Source of the DNA: Flavobacterium sp.
GTDB taxonomy: Bacteria > Bacteroidota > Bacteroidia > Flavobacteriales > Flavobacteriaceae
DNA length: 51,558 nucleotides
Assembly (NCBI GenBank): GCA_044231345.1
Contig: JBIHZQ010000001.1
Location: forward strand, 1-51,558
Direction: 5' to 3'
Shown: positions 39,060 through 47,153 of the stretch, in pieces
Layout of the letters: each line of letters begins with the position of its first letter
How positions within the stretch are numbered: position 1 is the first letter of the stretch
The notes under the pieces: generated by a model
What the model was told of the DNA's origin: nothing
Seen by the model: only the letters and a program-made list of their open reading frames with translations
Databases searched by the model: none
Program-made: the position numbers and the translations under genes

Positions 39060-40253
39060 ATGGCACTTACTCCTTTTACCAAACAACAGTTGATTCCTCA
39101 GGAAGAAAAACTTGAAATTGCTAAGCATAAAAGTGCCTTATTTATTGGTATTCCAAAAGAAACAAGCTACCAAGAACGTCGAATTTGCTTAACCCCAGAC
39201 GCAGTAAATTCATTAACATCACATGGTCATCGAATTATGATTGAATCTGGTGCGGGACTTAGTTCTAGCTATTCTGACAAAGAATATAGCGACGCAGGTG
39301 CTGAAATAACCGCAGATACTAAAAAAGTGATGAGTTGCCCAATGTTATTAAAAGTGGAGCCGTTATCGCTAAATGAAATAGAATTAGTAGGAAATCAAAC
39401 GATTGTAATTTCAGCTATTCAACTGAAAACAAGAACAAAAGAATATTTCGAAGCTCTTGCAAAAAAGAAAATTACTGCTTTAGCCTTCGAATATATAAAA
39501 GATGAAGACGGCTCCTATCCTGCAGTAAAATCACTGAGTGAAATAGCCGGAACGGCCTCAATACTAATTTCGGCAGAATTAATGATTAATAATCAAATAG
39601 GTAAAGGATTGCTATTTGGAAATATTACTGGTGTCCCTCCAACAGAAGTAGTCATACTTGGTGCAGGAACAGTTGCCGAATTTGCTGCGAGAACTGCCTT
39701 AGGTTTGGGTTCCAATGTTAAAGTATTTGATAATTCAATTACGAAACTACGTCGTTTACAAAACAATCTAAATCATCGGATTTTTACCTCAACTATTCAA
39801 CCCAAAGCATTATTAAAGGCATTGCGGCGTTGTGATGTGGCTATTGGAGCAATGAAAGGCAAAGATAGAAGTCCTGTTGTAGTTACTGAGACAATGGTTG
39901 AATACATGAAAAAAGGAGCCGTAATTGTAGATGTCAGTATCGATACTGGAGGTTGTTTTGAAACCTCGGAAGTGACTACTCATGAAAAACCAACTTTCAT
40001 AAAAAATGATGTAATCCATTATTGTGTTCCAAATATCCCCTCTCGATATTCAAAAACTGCATCACTTTCTATCAGTAACATACTTACTCCTTACCTTCTT
40101 CAAATAGGAGATGATGGCGGCATTGAAAATGCAATCCGATGTGACGCTGGTCTTCGTCATGGAGTATATTTATATCACGGAATTGTAACTAATAACACAA
40201 TTGGTGAATGGTTTAATGTTCCATTCAGCGATATTAATTTAATTGTATTTTAA
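39060..40253 (+). CDS. ald: Alanine dehydrogenase/PNT family protein (catalytic residues atypical)
   Basis: IGIPKE, LSEIAG, GAGTV, DVSIDTGGCFETS, HYCVPNIP. Confidence 0.78.
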   Translation: MALTPFTKQQLIPQEEKLEIAKHKSALFIGIPKETSYQERRICLTPDAVNSLTSHGHRIMIESGAGLSSSYSDKEYSDAGAEITADTKKVMSCPMLLKVEPLSLNEIELVGNQTIVISAIQLKTRTKEYFEALAKKKITALAFEYIKDEDGSYPAVKSLSEIAGTASILISAELMINNQIGKGLLFGNITGVPPTEVVILGAGTVAEFAARTALGLGSNVKVFDNSITKLRRLQNNLNHRIFTSTIQPKALLKALRRCDVAIGAMKGKDRSPVVVTETMVEYMKKGAVIVDVSIDTGGCFETSEVTTHEKPTFIKNDVIHYCVPNIPSRYSKTASLSISNILTPYLLQIGDDGGIENAIRCDAGLRHGVYLYHGIVTNNTIGEWFNVPFSDINLIVF

Positions 40254-40285
40254 TTTTACTTTAGCCTATCTTTGTAAAAAAAATA

Positions 40286-40660
40286 ATGAAATTTTATCAA
40301 CGTTTAGCCTACTATTTAGTTGGATTTATTATCGGTTTATTTTTTGTAGCAATGGTATTGAGCGGCAAAGATACCCGGTGTAATTACTTTCCAAATTCAA
40401 GAGTTTTAAATGATTTAAGGAACAAGCCATTTCATTATTCTAAAAATGCATCAATGATTCTGTCCGAAAAATGGATCGATACGGTTGATATTAATACTAC
40501 TTTAAACTACGGAGATGTAGATTTTGATAATAGTAATGTTAATTTTGAATCTGGAAAAATTTATAGAGTTGAGGGGAAAACAACTAAAAATCAGCTAATT
40601 ACTTTGGAATTAATCAATTATTCAAATAAAGTTGTTTTAAAAAATATTTCAAAGCGATAG
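40286..40660 (+). CDS. Membrane-anchored conserved protein (DUF4258-like)
   Basis: N-terminal TM, CNYFPNSRVL, YGDVDF; TATCTTTG box at 40267-40274. Confidence 0.65.
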   Translation: MKFYQRLAYYLVGFIIGLFFVAMVLSGKDTRCNYFPNSRVLNDLRNKPFHYSKNASMILSEKWIDTVDINTTLNYGDVDFDNSNVNFESGKIYRVEGKTTKNQLITLELINYSNKVVLKNISKR

Positions 40661-40676
40661 TTTTTCTTAAAATAAC

Positions 40677-40706
40677 TTGTAAATACCGATTCTTAATGTA
40701 TATTTG
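40677..40706 (+). promoter_or_regulatory. Sigma-A promoter of tRNA-Val
   Basis: TTG (40677-40679), 19 nt, TATATTTG (40699-40706). Confidence 0.75.
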
Positions 40707-40718
40707 CAACCCAATTCA

Positions 40719-40793
40719 GGGCGATTAGCTCAGCTGGTTCAGAGCACCTCGTTTACACCGAGGGGGTCGGGGGTTCGAACCCCTCATCGCCCA
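40719..40793 (+). tRNA. tRNA-Val(TAC)
   Basis: Acceptor stem GGGCGAT/ATCGCCC, D-arm AGCTCAGCTGG, anticodon arm CCTCG-TTTACAC-CGAGG, T-loop GTTCGAAC; CCA not encoded. Confidence 0.97.
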
Positions 40794-40794
40794 C

Positions 40795-40829
40795 AAAAAA
40801 CTCCTTAAGAAATTAAGGAGTTTTTTTTT
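40795..40829. terminator. Bidirectional intrinsic terminator
   Basis: A6-CTCCTTAA-GAAA-TTAAGGAG-T9 between the convergent tRNA and YceI genes. Confidence 0.85.
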
Positions 40830-41373
40830 ATTTTGATTCTAAAATAAAATTCAAAATAATCTTCACTTTTTCAGAAATTTTATTTTTTACAATGGAAGGT
40901 ATTTCGACGGAATAATCTTGGGGGATAATATAAAATAGACTGGAAACTTCTATTTTTTCTGAAATTTTAGAAACGATAATTTTTGTTTTTATTTTTTTAG
41001 TTACTCCATGAATGGTAAGTTCACCATCAAGATCATAAGCTGATTTTTTAGTGGTCAATTTAGAAGCGTCAAAATCCTTAACAACCCCCTTAAAAGTAGC
41101 TTTTGGATATTTAGTAGACTCCATATAGTTTTCATTAAAATGCTCCTCCATTAAAGGTATTTTAAATCGAAATGCTTTGACTAATGCTAACGAAACTAAT
41201 TCTCCCTTAGTTAAATCAAAAATACAAGAGACCGTATTGTTTTTTGCAGCAATTTCTTCAAACGCTGGAACTGAAGCTTCAAATTTTATTTCCCCAGTTC
41301 TTGTAATTACCTTTTGAGCATAAGCCGAAAAACTTGTCACAACAAATAAACAAATTGCAATATATTTTTTCAT
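40828..41373 (-). CDS. YceI family (polyisoprenoid-binding) exported protein
   Basis: Signal peptide ending AYA-Q; LMEEHFNENYMES.KYPKATF, GELTIHGVTK. Confidence 0.9.
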   Translation of the reverse strand: MKKYIAICLFVVTSFSAYAQKVITRTGEIKFEASVPAFEEIAAKNNTVSCIFDLTKGELVSLALVKAFRFKIPLMEEHFNENYMESTKYPKATFKGVVKDFDASKLTTKKSAYDLDGELTIHGVTKKIKTKIIVSKISEKIEVSSLFYIIPQDYSVEIPSIVKNKISEKVKIILNFILESK

Positions 41374-41379
41374 GTTTAA

Positions 41380-41730
41380 TTATTGGTTAAGACATCCTTG
41401 AGAAATCCATAATTTAATACTATTTATTTTTGATTGGGGCATCTTTCCACTTTGTGGCATTACTGAACCACAACTTTGAGTATCTATCCTACAAATTACA
41501 TTGCCAATCAGGCAAGCGTCTTTTACTTCTGCATAGGTTTCAAGATTAGGATACTGCTGACCGTTTGCATGACAACTTATACAATTTTCTGTAATTAACG
41601 GTTTAATATTTGCAACATATGTTGGGTTTTCTGATAGTAATTCCAATTCACTATACGTATTTGATTCACATGAAATTATTACCATCAAACTGATAAAAAA
41701 TAACATTATTACTACAATTAGATTTTTCAT
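41380..41730 (-). CDS. Monoheme cytochrome c-like lipoprotein
   Basis: Lipobox IISC; PTY..NIKPLI.ENCISCH, distal MPQSG, IKLWI.QG. Confidence 0.8.
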   Translation of the reverse strand: MKNLIVVIMLFFISLMVIISCESNTYSELELLSENPTYVANIKPLITENCISCHANGQQYPNLETYAEVKDACLIGNVICRIDTQSCGSVMPQSGKMPQSKINSIKLWISQGCLNQ

Positions 41731-41741
41731 AATTTATAAAA

Positions 41742-42611
41742 TTAAAAAACACGGTACATATTAAAACCAAAGTAAACACTACCACCATCCCAATTTCCTG
41801 TCGCATTAGTAAATACTGCAATATCATTCATTTGCTGAGCATTCGAGAAAACTAATTGAAAAACATGTCCGCCAGTTTCTAAATCGAAACCAGCTGTTAA
41901 GGCATTGTGATAATATTGATTGTCTTTTTCATTAATTCTAGCAGCATATTCTAAATTAAAACTCAATCGTTTTGATAATTTATATCTTCCACCAGATGCA
42001 ATTACAAATTGATTTTTATTTTCAGTATTTGGATATAAATCAAATAAGTTTTTGTGAATGTACATTGGTGTTAATTGTAAGGAAAATTCATCTGAAAATT
42101 TTCTTGAAATTAGAAGCTGATTCGAGTAAGACAGTCTGTTTTCAAAACGTAACGATGGGTACAAGTCTTTTTCTAGAGCCGTATTAATTTCTGCTGTATG
42201 ATAAAATGCAATAGTCATTGGAAAACCATTTGTTTCCTGCTGTGCAATTCTATACTTCAATGCAAATTCATAATTTTTTTGATATGTATGTCTCGAAAAA
42301 CCAATTGAAAACCAATCTGTGGCGCCATATATTGCTCCTATTTTAGTGTAAGCATTGTCTAATCCAAAAAAATTATTAATTCCCTCTGTTAAATCTCCAA
42401 AACGATGTGAAATTAAGACATACCATTCTCCTTTCGAAGGTAATTTTGTCGATTGAATGTTACAAATTTGCAACCCTTTAAAGGCAGCGGAAACAACTTC
42501 TTTCTGATTTGTTTTAACCGAATCTAACTGACTTAATAAATCTTCTTGAGATGTTGCCACCGTAGAAAAAAACAGTAGGTAAGCCAGTAATAAATGTATT
42601 TTTAATTTCAT
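41742..42611 (-). CDS. DUF5777-like outer-membrane beta-barrel protein
   Basis: Signal peptide, ISHRFG, FFGLD, DLETGGHVFQLVFSN, terminal GFNMYRVF. Confidence 0.8.
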   Translation of the reverse strand: MKLKIHLLLAYLLFFSTVATSQEDLLSQLDSVKTNQKEVVSAAFKGLQICNIQSTKLPSKGEWYVLISHRFGDLTEGINNFFGLDNAYTKIGAIYGATDWFSIGFSRHTYQKNYEFALKYRIAQQETNGFPMTIAFYHTAEINTALEKDLYPSLRFENRLSYSNQLLISRKFSDEFSLQLTPMYIHKNLFDLYPNTENKNQFVIASGGRYKLSKRLSFNLEYAARINEKDNQYYHNALTAGFDLETGGHVFQLVFSNAQQMNDIAVFTNATGNWDGGSVYFGFNMYRVF

Positions 42612-42612
42612 T

Positions 42613-43002
42613 TTATTTTTGTTGATTACATTGATCTAATTTAATTTCTCCGAATAGTTCATCATAGCCAATTACCCTTCCTTTTACTAACAATTTTTCA
42701 TTTATTTTCACAGAAGAATCTATTAAAGTAAAGCTACAAATAATAGAAGAATCAATAATAATTTCATTTTGATTTATTGAAGTTACTTCACCGAAAACAG
42801 TAATCGGTTTGTTTAAATATTTTAAGTTAGCTTCTTGTAAATTTCTACTAAAATCTGCTTTGATTTCATTGGATAAAACTTGATAAACCGGTTCCTCCTC
42901 CGATACTACTCTACCACCACCAAACATTAGATATTGATAGGTGAAATACCCTAAAATCAAAAAGACAAATATCCCGCTTACTAGCAGTAGTTTTTTATTC
43001 AC
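42613..43002 (-). CDS. Membrane-anchored OB-fold protein (tRNA_anti-like)
   Basis: N-terminal TM, ANLKYLNKPITVFGEV, VKGRVIGYD, LDQC; GTG start. Confidence 0.7.
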   Translation of the reverse strand: MNKKLLLVSGIFVFLILGYFTYQYLMFGGGRVVSEEEPVYQVLSNEIKADFSRNLQEANLKYLNKPITVFGEVTSINQNEIIIDSSIICSFTLIDSSVKINEKLLVKGRVIGYDELFGEIKLDQCNQQK

Positions 43003-43008
43003 AATTAT

Positions 43009-43776
43009 CTAGTTTAAACCTATTTTTCTAACTTCTTTATCCGTATCATTAGAAATTTCCAAGAAATATATTCCCTTTGAAAGTTCTGAAATATCAATTG
43101 TAGTCTCTTGATTTACGGCATCAAAATCAAATTCTTTTATCAGCTTTGCATTAGTATCAAAAACTTTTATTTTAGAAATTGGTAGCGTATTATTTTTTGA
43201 AATTGTAAACAGCCCAGTAGAAGGATTTGGCGAAATTGAAATCGATTTTAATGATTCGAACTCAGTCGCATCAAGTGCTGTAAAATTAAGTGTCGTCGAT
43301 CCGCGTGTTGAACCAGAATGCTGACTAATTGTAGTTGAAGCAGAGGCACCGTAGGCATAAATAACATTTAATGAATTGGGTAGATATTCAAACGTATAGT
43401 CATTAGTATCTCCTGTAAAAAAAGCACGTGTTGCAACAATAGTTATAAGGCCTGATGTAGGTGTATTACTTACAATTGTCCAATTGTTTATAGAATCAGG
43501 AGAAGGAGCAGAAAAACCATTTAATTTACCATCAAAAAAAGTAGTTGTGTAATAAATACAATCAGTACCCGCAGTCATACTTGAAGCATCCAATCCAATA
43601 GCAAACCATCGATCCGAGGGGCCAACAAGTGTCATTGTAATGGTCGAATTTGTTGAGTTTTTATCAATTTTTACTTTTACAGAACCTCCAAGTGTTACTA
43701 ATCCAGAGGTTTTTGTTTGAGCAAATGAAACAGATAATATTAATGTTAATGCAATAATTAGGTAATTTTTTTTCAT
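43009..43776 (-). CDS. DOMON-domain protein with T9SS type A C-terminal sorting domain
   Basis: WFAIGL..SSM..GTD, VIYAYG...QH...RG; tail SPNPS...IDISELSKGIYFLEI...KI. Confidence 0.8.
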   Translation of the reverse strand: MKKNYLIIALTLILSVSFAQTKTSGLVTLGGSVKVKIDKNSTNSTITMTLVGPSDRWFAIGLDASSMTAGTDCIYYTTTFFDGKLNGFSAPSPDSINNWTIVSNTPTSGLITIVATRAFFTGDTNDYTFEYLPNSLNVIYAYGASASTTISQHSGSTRGSTTLNFTALDATEFESLKSISISPNPSTGLFTISKNNTLPISKIKVFDTNAKLIKEFDFDAVNQETTIDISELSKGIYFLEISNDTDKEVRKIGLN

Positions 43777-43803
43777 GTTGTAATAGTTAAGATGTTATTA
43801 TAA

Positions 43804-44325
43804 TTAATTTAAAAGTATTATTAATTCGGTGTTTTTATTAAATGTAGCATAATCAAGGGCAGTTTTACCATCATTTCCTACACTATTTTTATTTGCTCCT
43901 GCTGAAATTAGGGCTTTTGCAATTTCTGTTTTATTAAAAAAAGTAGCATACAGCAATGCCGTTTTACCTTGGGTATCAACTTGGTTCAAATCTGCATTTT
44001 TTTGTATTAATTTTTGAACAATTACCATATCTCCGGACATGACGGCAGCCATTAATGGTGAACCCATTCCCGGGTTACTGTTAATATCCTTAACTCTTTC
44101 TAGTAAAAAAAGGGCTACTTCTGCATTTCCTTTGTAACAGGCTAACAATAAAGGACTTGAATTACGTTCGTTTACTGTATTAATCAATTCTGGAGTTGAA
44201 TTATAAAGTAGCGTAACCTCTTCTAAAGTTCCGTTTCTAGCAATGTCAAAAATAGTTCGTTGTTGCGATTGACCAACAAAACTAATTAACAAGGTGATTA
44301 ATAATATTATTCTTTTATTATTCAT
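43804..44325 (-). CDS. Exported ankyrin-repeat protein
   Basis: SPLLLAC, SPLMAAV, TALLYAT, TALDYAT repeats; signal peptide from ATG 44325. Confidence 0.9.
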   Translation of the reverse strand: MNNKRIILLITLLISFVGQSQQRTIFDIARNGTLEEVTLLYNSTPELINTVNERNSSPLLLACYKGNAEVALFLLERVKDINSNPGMGSPLMAAVMSGDMVIVQKLIQKNADLNQVDTQGKTALLYATFFNKTEIAKALISAGANKNSVGNDGKTALDYATFNKNTELIILLN

Positions 44326-44502
44326 AAAAATAGTTGTTAAAATCAATTTTATGACTTCTCTGTAAAACTAATAAATTTTTATTTATTTCCAATTGGTTTC
44401 TGATAATTTAATGTAAAAAGACCTTTTTTCATTTTCTAAAAAGCAACGATGTCGTTGGCAAAATAAAAAAACAGTTTGTCCTATTTTTATTATATAATAC
44501 AA

Positions 44503-44579
44503 CAAAGTTATCAAAAAAAACGATTTAACAACTGATTATCAGGTATTTAATATAAAAAATATTGGTTTTTTTACCTTTG
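44503..44579. promoter_or_regulatory. Divergent sigma-A -7 boxes
   Basis: Minus strand TAACTTTG (44510-44503) towards the ankyrin operon; plus strand TACCTTTG (44572-44579) towards the T9SS repeat gene. Confidence 0.5.
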
Positions 44580-44695
44580 TTGGTGAGGATAGTTTCTTCG
44601 TGAAAGGTTATCATTTTAAAAGTTTTGACTCAAGGTCGATTCGGAATGTTATTGCGGTAAGCAAATGAAAAACACGAACTTAAAAAAATAAACAA

Positions 44696-45862
44696 ATGAA
44701 AACACCAACTAACTTATGTAAAAGAAAAAGTGGAACGTTGCTTTCACTATTTTTTCTATTGACTCTTTGGAGTAGCTCAATTAAGGGTCAAAATGTACAA
44801 ACTATTTTAACAGAAACCTGGAACGTGGCTTTGTGGGACAACCAAGCGAAACAAACCAACACTTACAATAGCAGTAATTACTTAACTGATACGCTGTTTG
44901 AAATATGGGATACCAATACTACTAATTGGATTAATGCCGTAAAATCAAACTACAACAACAACCCTAATGGAACATTAAATATGGTTGTTACTCAAGTTTG
45001 GGATACTGGTTCGTCTAGTTGGGTAAACTCTCAGAAAACCACTTACACGTATAATTCATCAAATAAAGTAATTAATTTCGTTACTGAAATTTGGGTTGTA
45101 TCAGCATGGCAGAACGCAGTAAGACAAACAAATACCTATGACAGTAGTTCGTTTTTAACCTACAGTCTGAATGAACTGTGGAATAACTCAACGCTAGTTT
45201 GGGTAAATTCAACTCAAAATTTTTATACCAATAACCTCATTGGCGAGATCAGCCAAACCATTTCACAATCTTGGGACATCGGATTAGGGACATGGAATAA
45301 TGTAACGAGAACCATTTATAATTATACACCAACGAATAAATTAAGTTTTCTTATCTCTGAAAATTGGGTCGCCGGGAATTGGCAAAATAGCCAAAAAGAA
45401 ACGTTAACCTATGATGCTAATGATTATCTAATTTTGAGTCTAAGTCAAGATTGGGATGTACTTTCTAGTTTGTGGATTAATGATTCACTCTCCAGTTTTA
45501 CTAATAATCCCGATGGTACAGTATATCAAATTGTGATTCAAGACTGGAATATTGCTACATTAGCTTGGGATAATTCAAATCGGATAACGTATACCTATCT
45601 CCCTTTAGCAGTGGCTGATTTTTCTGCAATAAATTCAATTTATATTGCACCTAATCCTGCAAGTGATAACATTATGATTAACTCAAAATTAAATTGGACT
45701 GGAATAAATTATAAAATTATTGATCAAATGGGACGTGAAGTTTCAAACGGAGTGATAAATTCAGCTCTAGAAAGTGTGAATATAAAACAGTTGTCCTCTG
45801 GAACTTATTATTTGAAAACAGAAGCAAATTCGGTTCCAGCAATTCGATTCATCAAACATTGA
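44696..45862 (+). CDS. T9SS-secreted Trp-rich repeat protein
   Basis: Signal peptide ending G-Q; nine W..W.N repeats; tail APNPASD...LSSGTYYLK...RFIKH. Confidence 0.88.
   Translation: MKTPTNLCKRKSGTLLSLFFLLTLWSSSIKGQNVQTILTETWNVALWDNQAKQTNTYNSSNYLTDTLFEIWDTNTTNWINAVKSNYNNNPNGTLNMVVTQVWDTGSSSWVNSQKTTYTYNSSNKVINFVTEIWVVSAWQNAVRQTNTYDSSSFLTYSLNELWNNSTLVWVNSTQNFYTNNLIGEISQTISQSWDIGLGTWNNVTRTIYNYTPTNKLSFLISENWVAGNWQNSQKETLTYDANDYLILSLSQDWDVLSSLWINDSLSSFTNNPDGTVYQIVIQDWNIATLAWDNSNRITYTYLPLAVADFSAINSIYIAPNPASDNIMINSKLNWTGINYKIIDQMGREVSNGVINSALESVNIKQLSSGTYYLKTEANSVPAIRFIKH
44813..45598 (+). repeat. Intragenic protein repeat array, nine units of 29-31 aa (last one partial)
   Basis: Consensus [EQ]xW-x4/6-WxN-x4-6-YTY; unit lengths 29,31,31 recur. 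Confidence 0.8.
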
Positions 45863-45890
45863 TTATTAAAAGAAACGAACAAAGCTAGTT

Positions 45891-45927
45891 AAAGCGAAAC
45901 TGAAATTAATTTTAGTTTCGCTTTTTT
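45891..45927. terminator. Intrinsic terminator between convergent genes
   Basis: AAAGCGAAACTGAAA...TTTTAGTTTCGCTTTTTT hairpin. Confidence 0.8.
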
Positions 45928-45930
45928 ACT

Positions 45931-47106
45931 TTATTTTCTAGATGTTCTTCTTCGTTCCCGTTCTGTCTTTAGAAGTGTCAATTCACGACTGGTTTGACCT
46001 GCTACTGAAGTGTTTTCTTCCGCTCGTCTAATTAGATAAGGCATTACCTCACGAACGGGACCAAAAGGCAAATACTTAGCAACATTATAACCATGGAAGG
46101 CAAGATTGTAGCTTATGTTATCACTCATTCCATACAATTGCGCAAACCAAATACGCGAATCTTTTATTTCTATTGAGCTTGATTTTATAAGGTCCATTAA
46201 TTTGTAGGAACTTTCTTCATTATGCGTACCCGCAAAAATAGCCATTTTGTCCAGGTGCTGCATCATGTAATCAATTGCTGCATTATAATTGTCGTCGGTG
46301 GCTTGTTTTGATGAACAAATTGGTGTAGGATAACCGTTCTCCTCTGCTCTTTTATGCTCTTTTTCCATATAAGCACCACGTACCAATTTCATACCGATAA
46401 AAAAACCTTCGCTTTTTGCTCTTTCATGTAACGCTTTTAGATACTCCATTCTATCCCATCGATAGAGTTGTAGGGTATTGAATACAATTACTTTTTCTTT
46501 ATTGAATTGTCGCATCATCTCTTCTACCAATTCGTCTGCGGCGTCTTGCATCCAACTTTCTTCGGCATCAATTAATAATGCAACATCTTTTCTATGAGCA
46601 GTTTCGCAAATAATTTGAAAACGCTCTTTAACCCTATTCCATTCTGACTGTTCTTCTTCAGAGAGGGATTGATTTGTTCCAACTTTGGTATATAAATCTA
46701 ATCGACCTAGCGCGGTTGGTTTAAAAACCGCAAAAGGGATTGCCTCGCGTTCTTCTGCAAATTCAAGTGTTTTCAAGGTCATTTTTAAAGCCGAATCAAA
46801 TTGGGCTTCATCTTCCTTACCTTCCACAGAATAATCCAAAACTGAAGAAACACCCTTAGTGTACATTTTATCTACAACGGAAAGACAATCTATTTCATTT
46901 ATCCCACCACAAAAATGATCAAAAACCGTGGCACGAATTATGGGATCAACAGGTAAATGTGCCTTCAACGCAAAAGTCGTAATTGCTGTACCAATTTTAA
47001 CCAAGGGTTGGCAGGCAATCATTTTGAAAAGTAAATAGGCTCTGTTTAGTTCTTTGTCGCTTTTTAAAGAAAAAGCGGTTTCAGTAGAATTGAAAATTTT
47101 GTTCAT
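45931..47106 (-). CDS. Monofunctional proline dehydrogenase
   Basis: HFCGG, LIDAEE, KLVRGAY, GTHN, QLYGM, KYLPFG, YLIRRAEEN. Confidence 0.95.
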   Translation of the reverse strand: MNKIFNSTETAFSLKSDKELNRAYLLFKMIACQPLVKIGTAITTFALKAHLPVDPIIRATVFDHFCGGINEIDCLSVVDKMYTKGVSSVLDYSVEGKEDEAQFDSALKMTLKTLEFAEEREAIPFAVFKPTALGRLDLYTKVGTNQSLSEEEQSEWNRVKERFQIICETAHRKDVALLIDAEESWMQDAADELVEEMMRQFNKEKVIVFNTLQLYRWDRMEYLKALHERAKSEGFFIGMKLVRGAYMEKEHKRAEENGYPTPICSSKQATDDNYNAAIDYMMQHLDKMAIFAGTHNEESSYKLMDLIKSSSIEIKDSRIWFAQLYGMSDNISYNLAFHGYNVAKYLPFGPVREVMPYLIRRAEENTSVAGQTSRELTLLKTERERRRTSRK

Positions 47107-47153
47107 TTTACTTTATTAATCATGCAAATATAATCAGAGTTTCATAATATTTT

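Noticed and set aside
44347-44695. Riboswitch or sRNA in the long intergenic regions (also 36627-36938)
   Set aside because: No recognisable conserved structure; divergent promoters account for the space. An Rfam/Infernal scan would settle it
40719-45862. Genomic island integrated at tRNA-Val
   Set aside because: No integrase and no duplicate of the tRNA 3' end found by eye in the window
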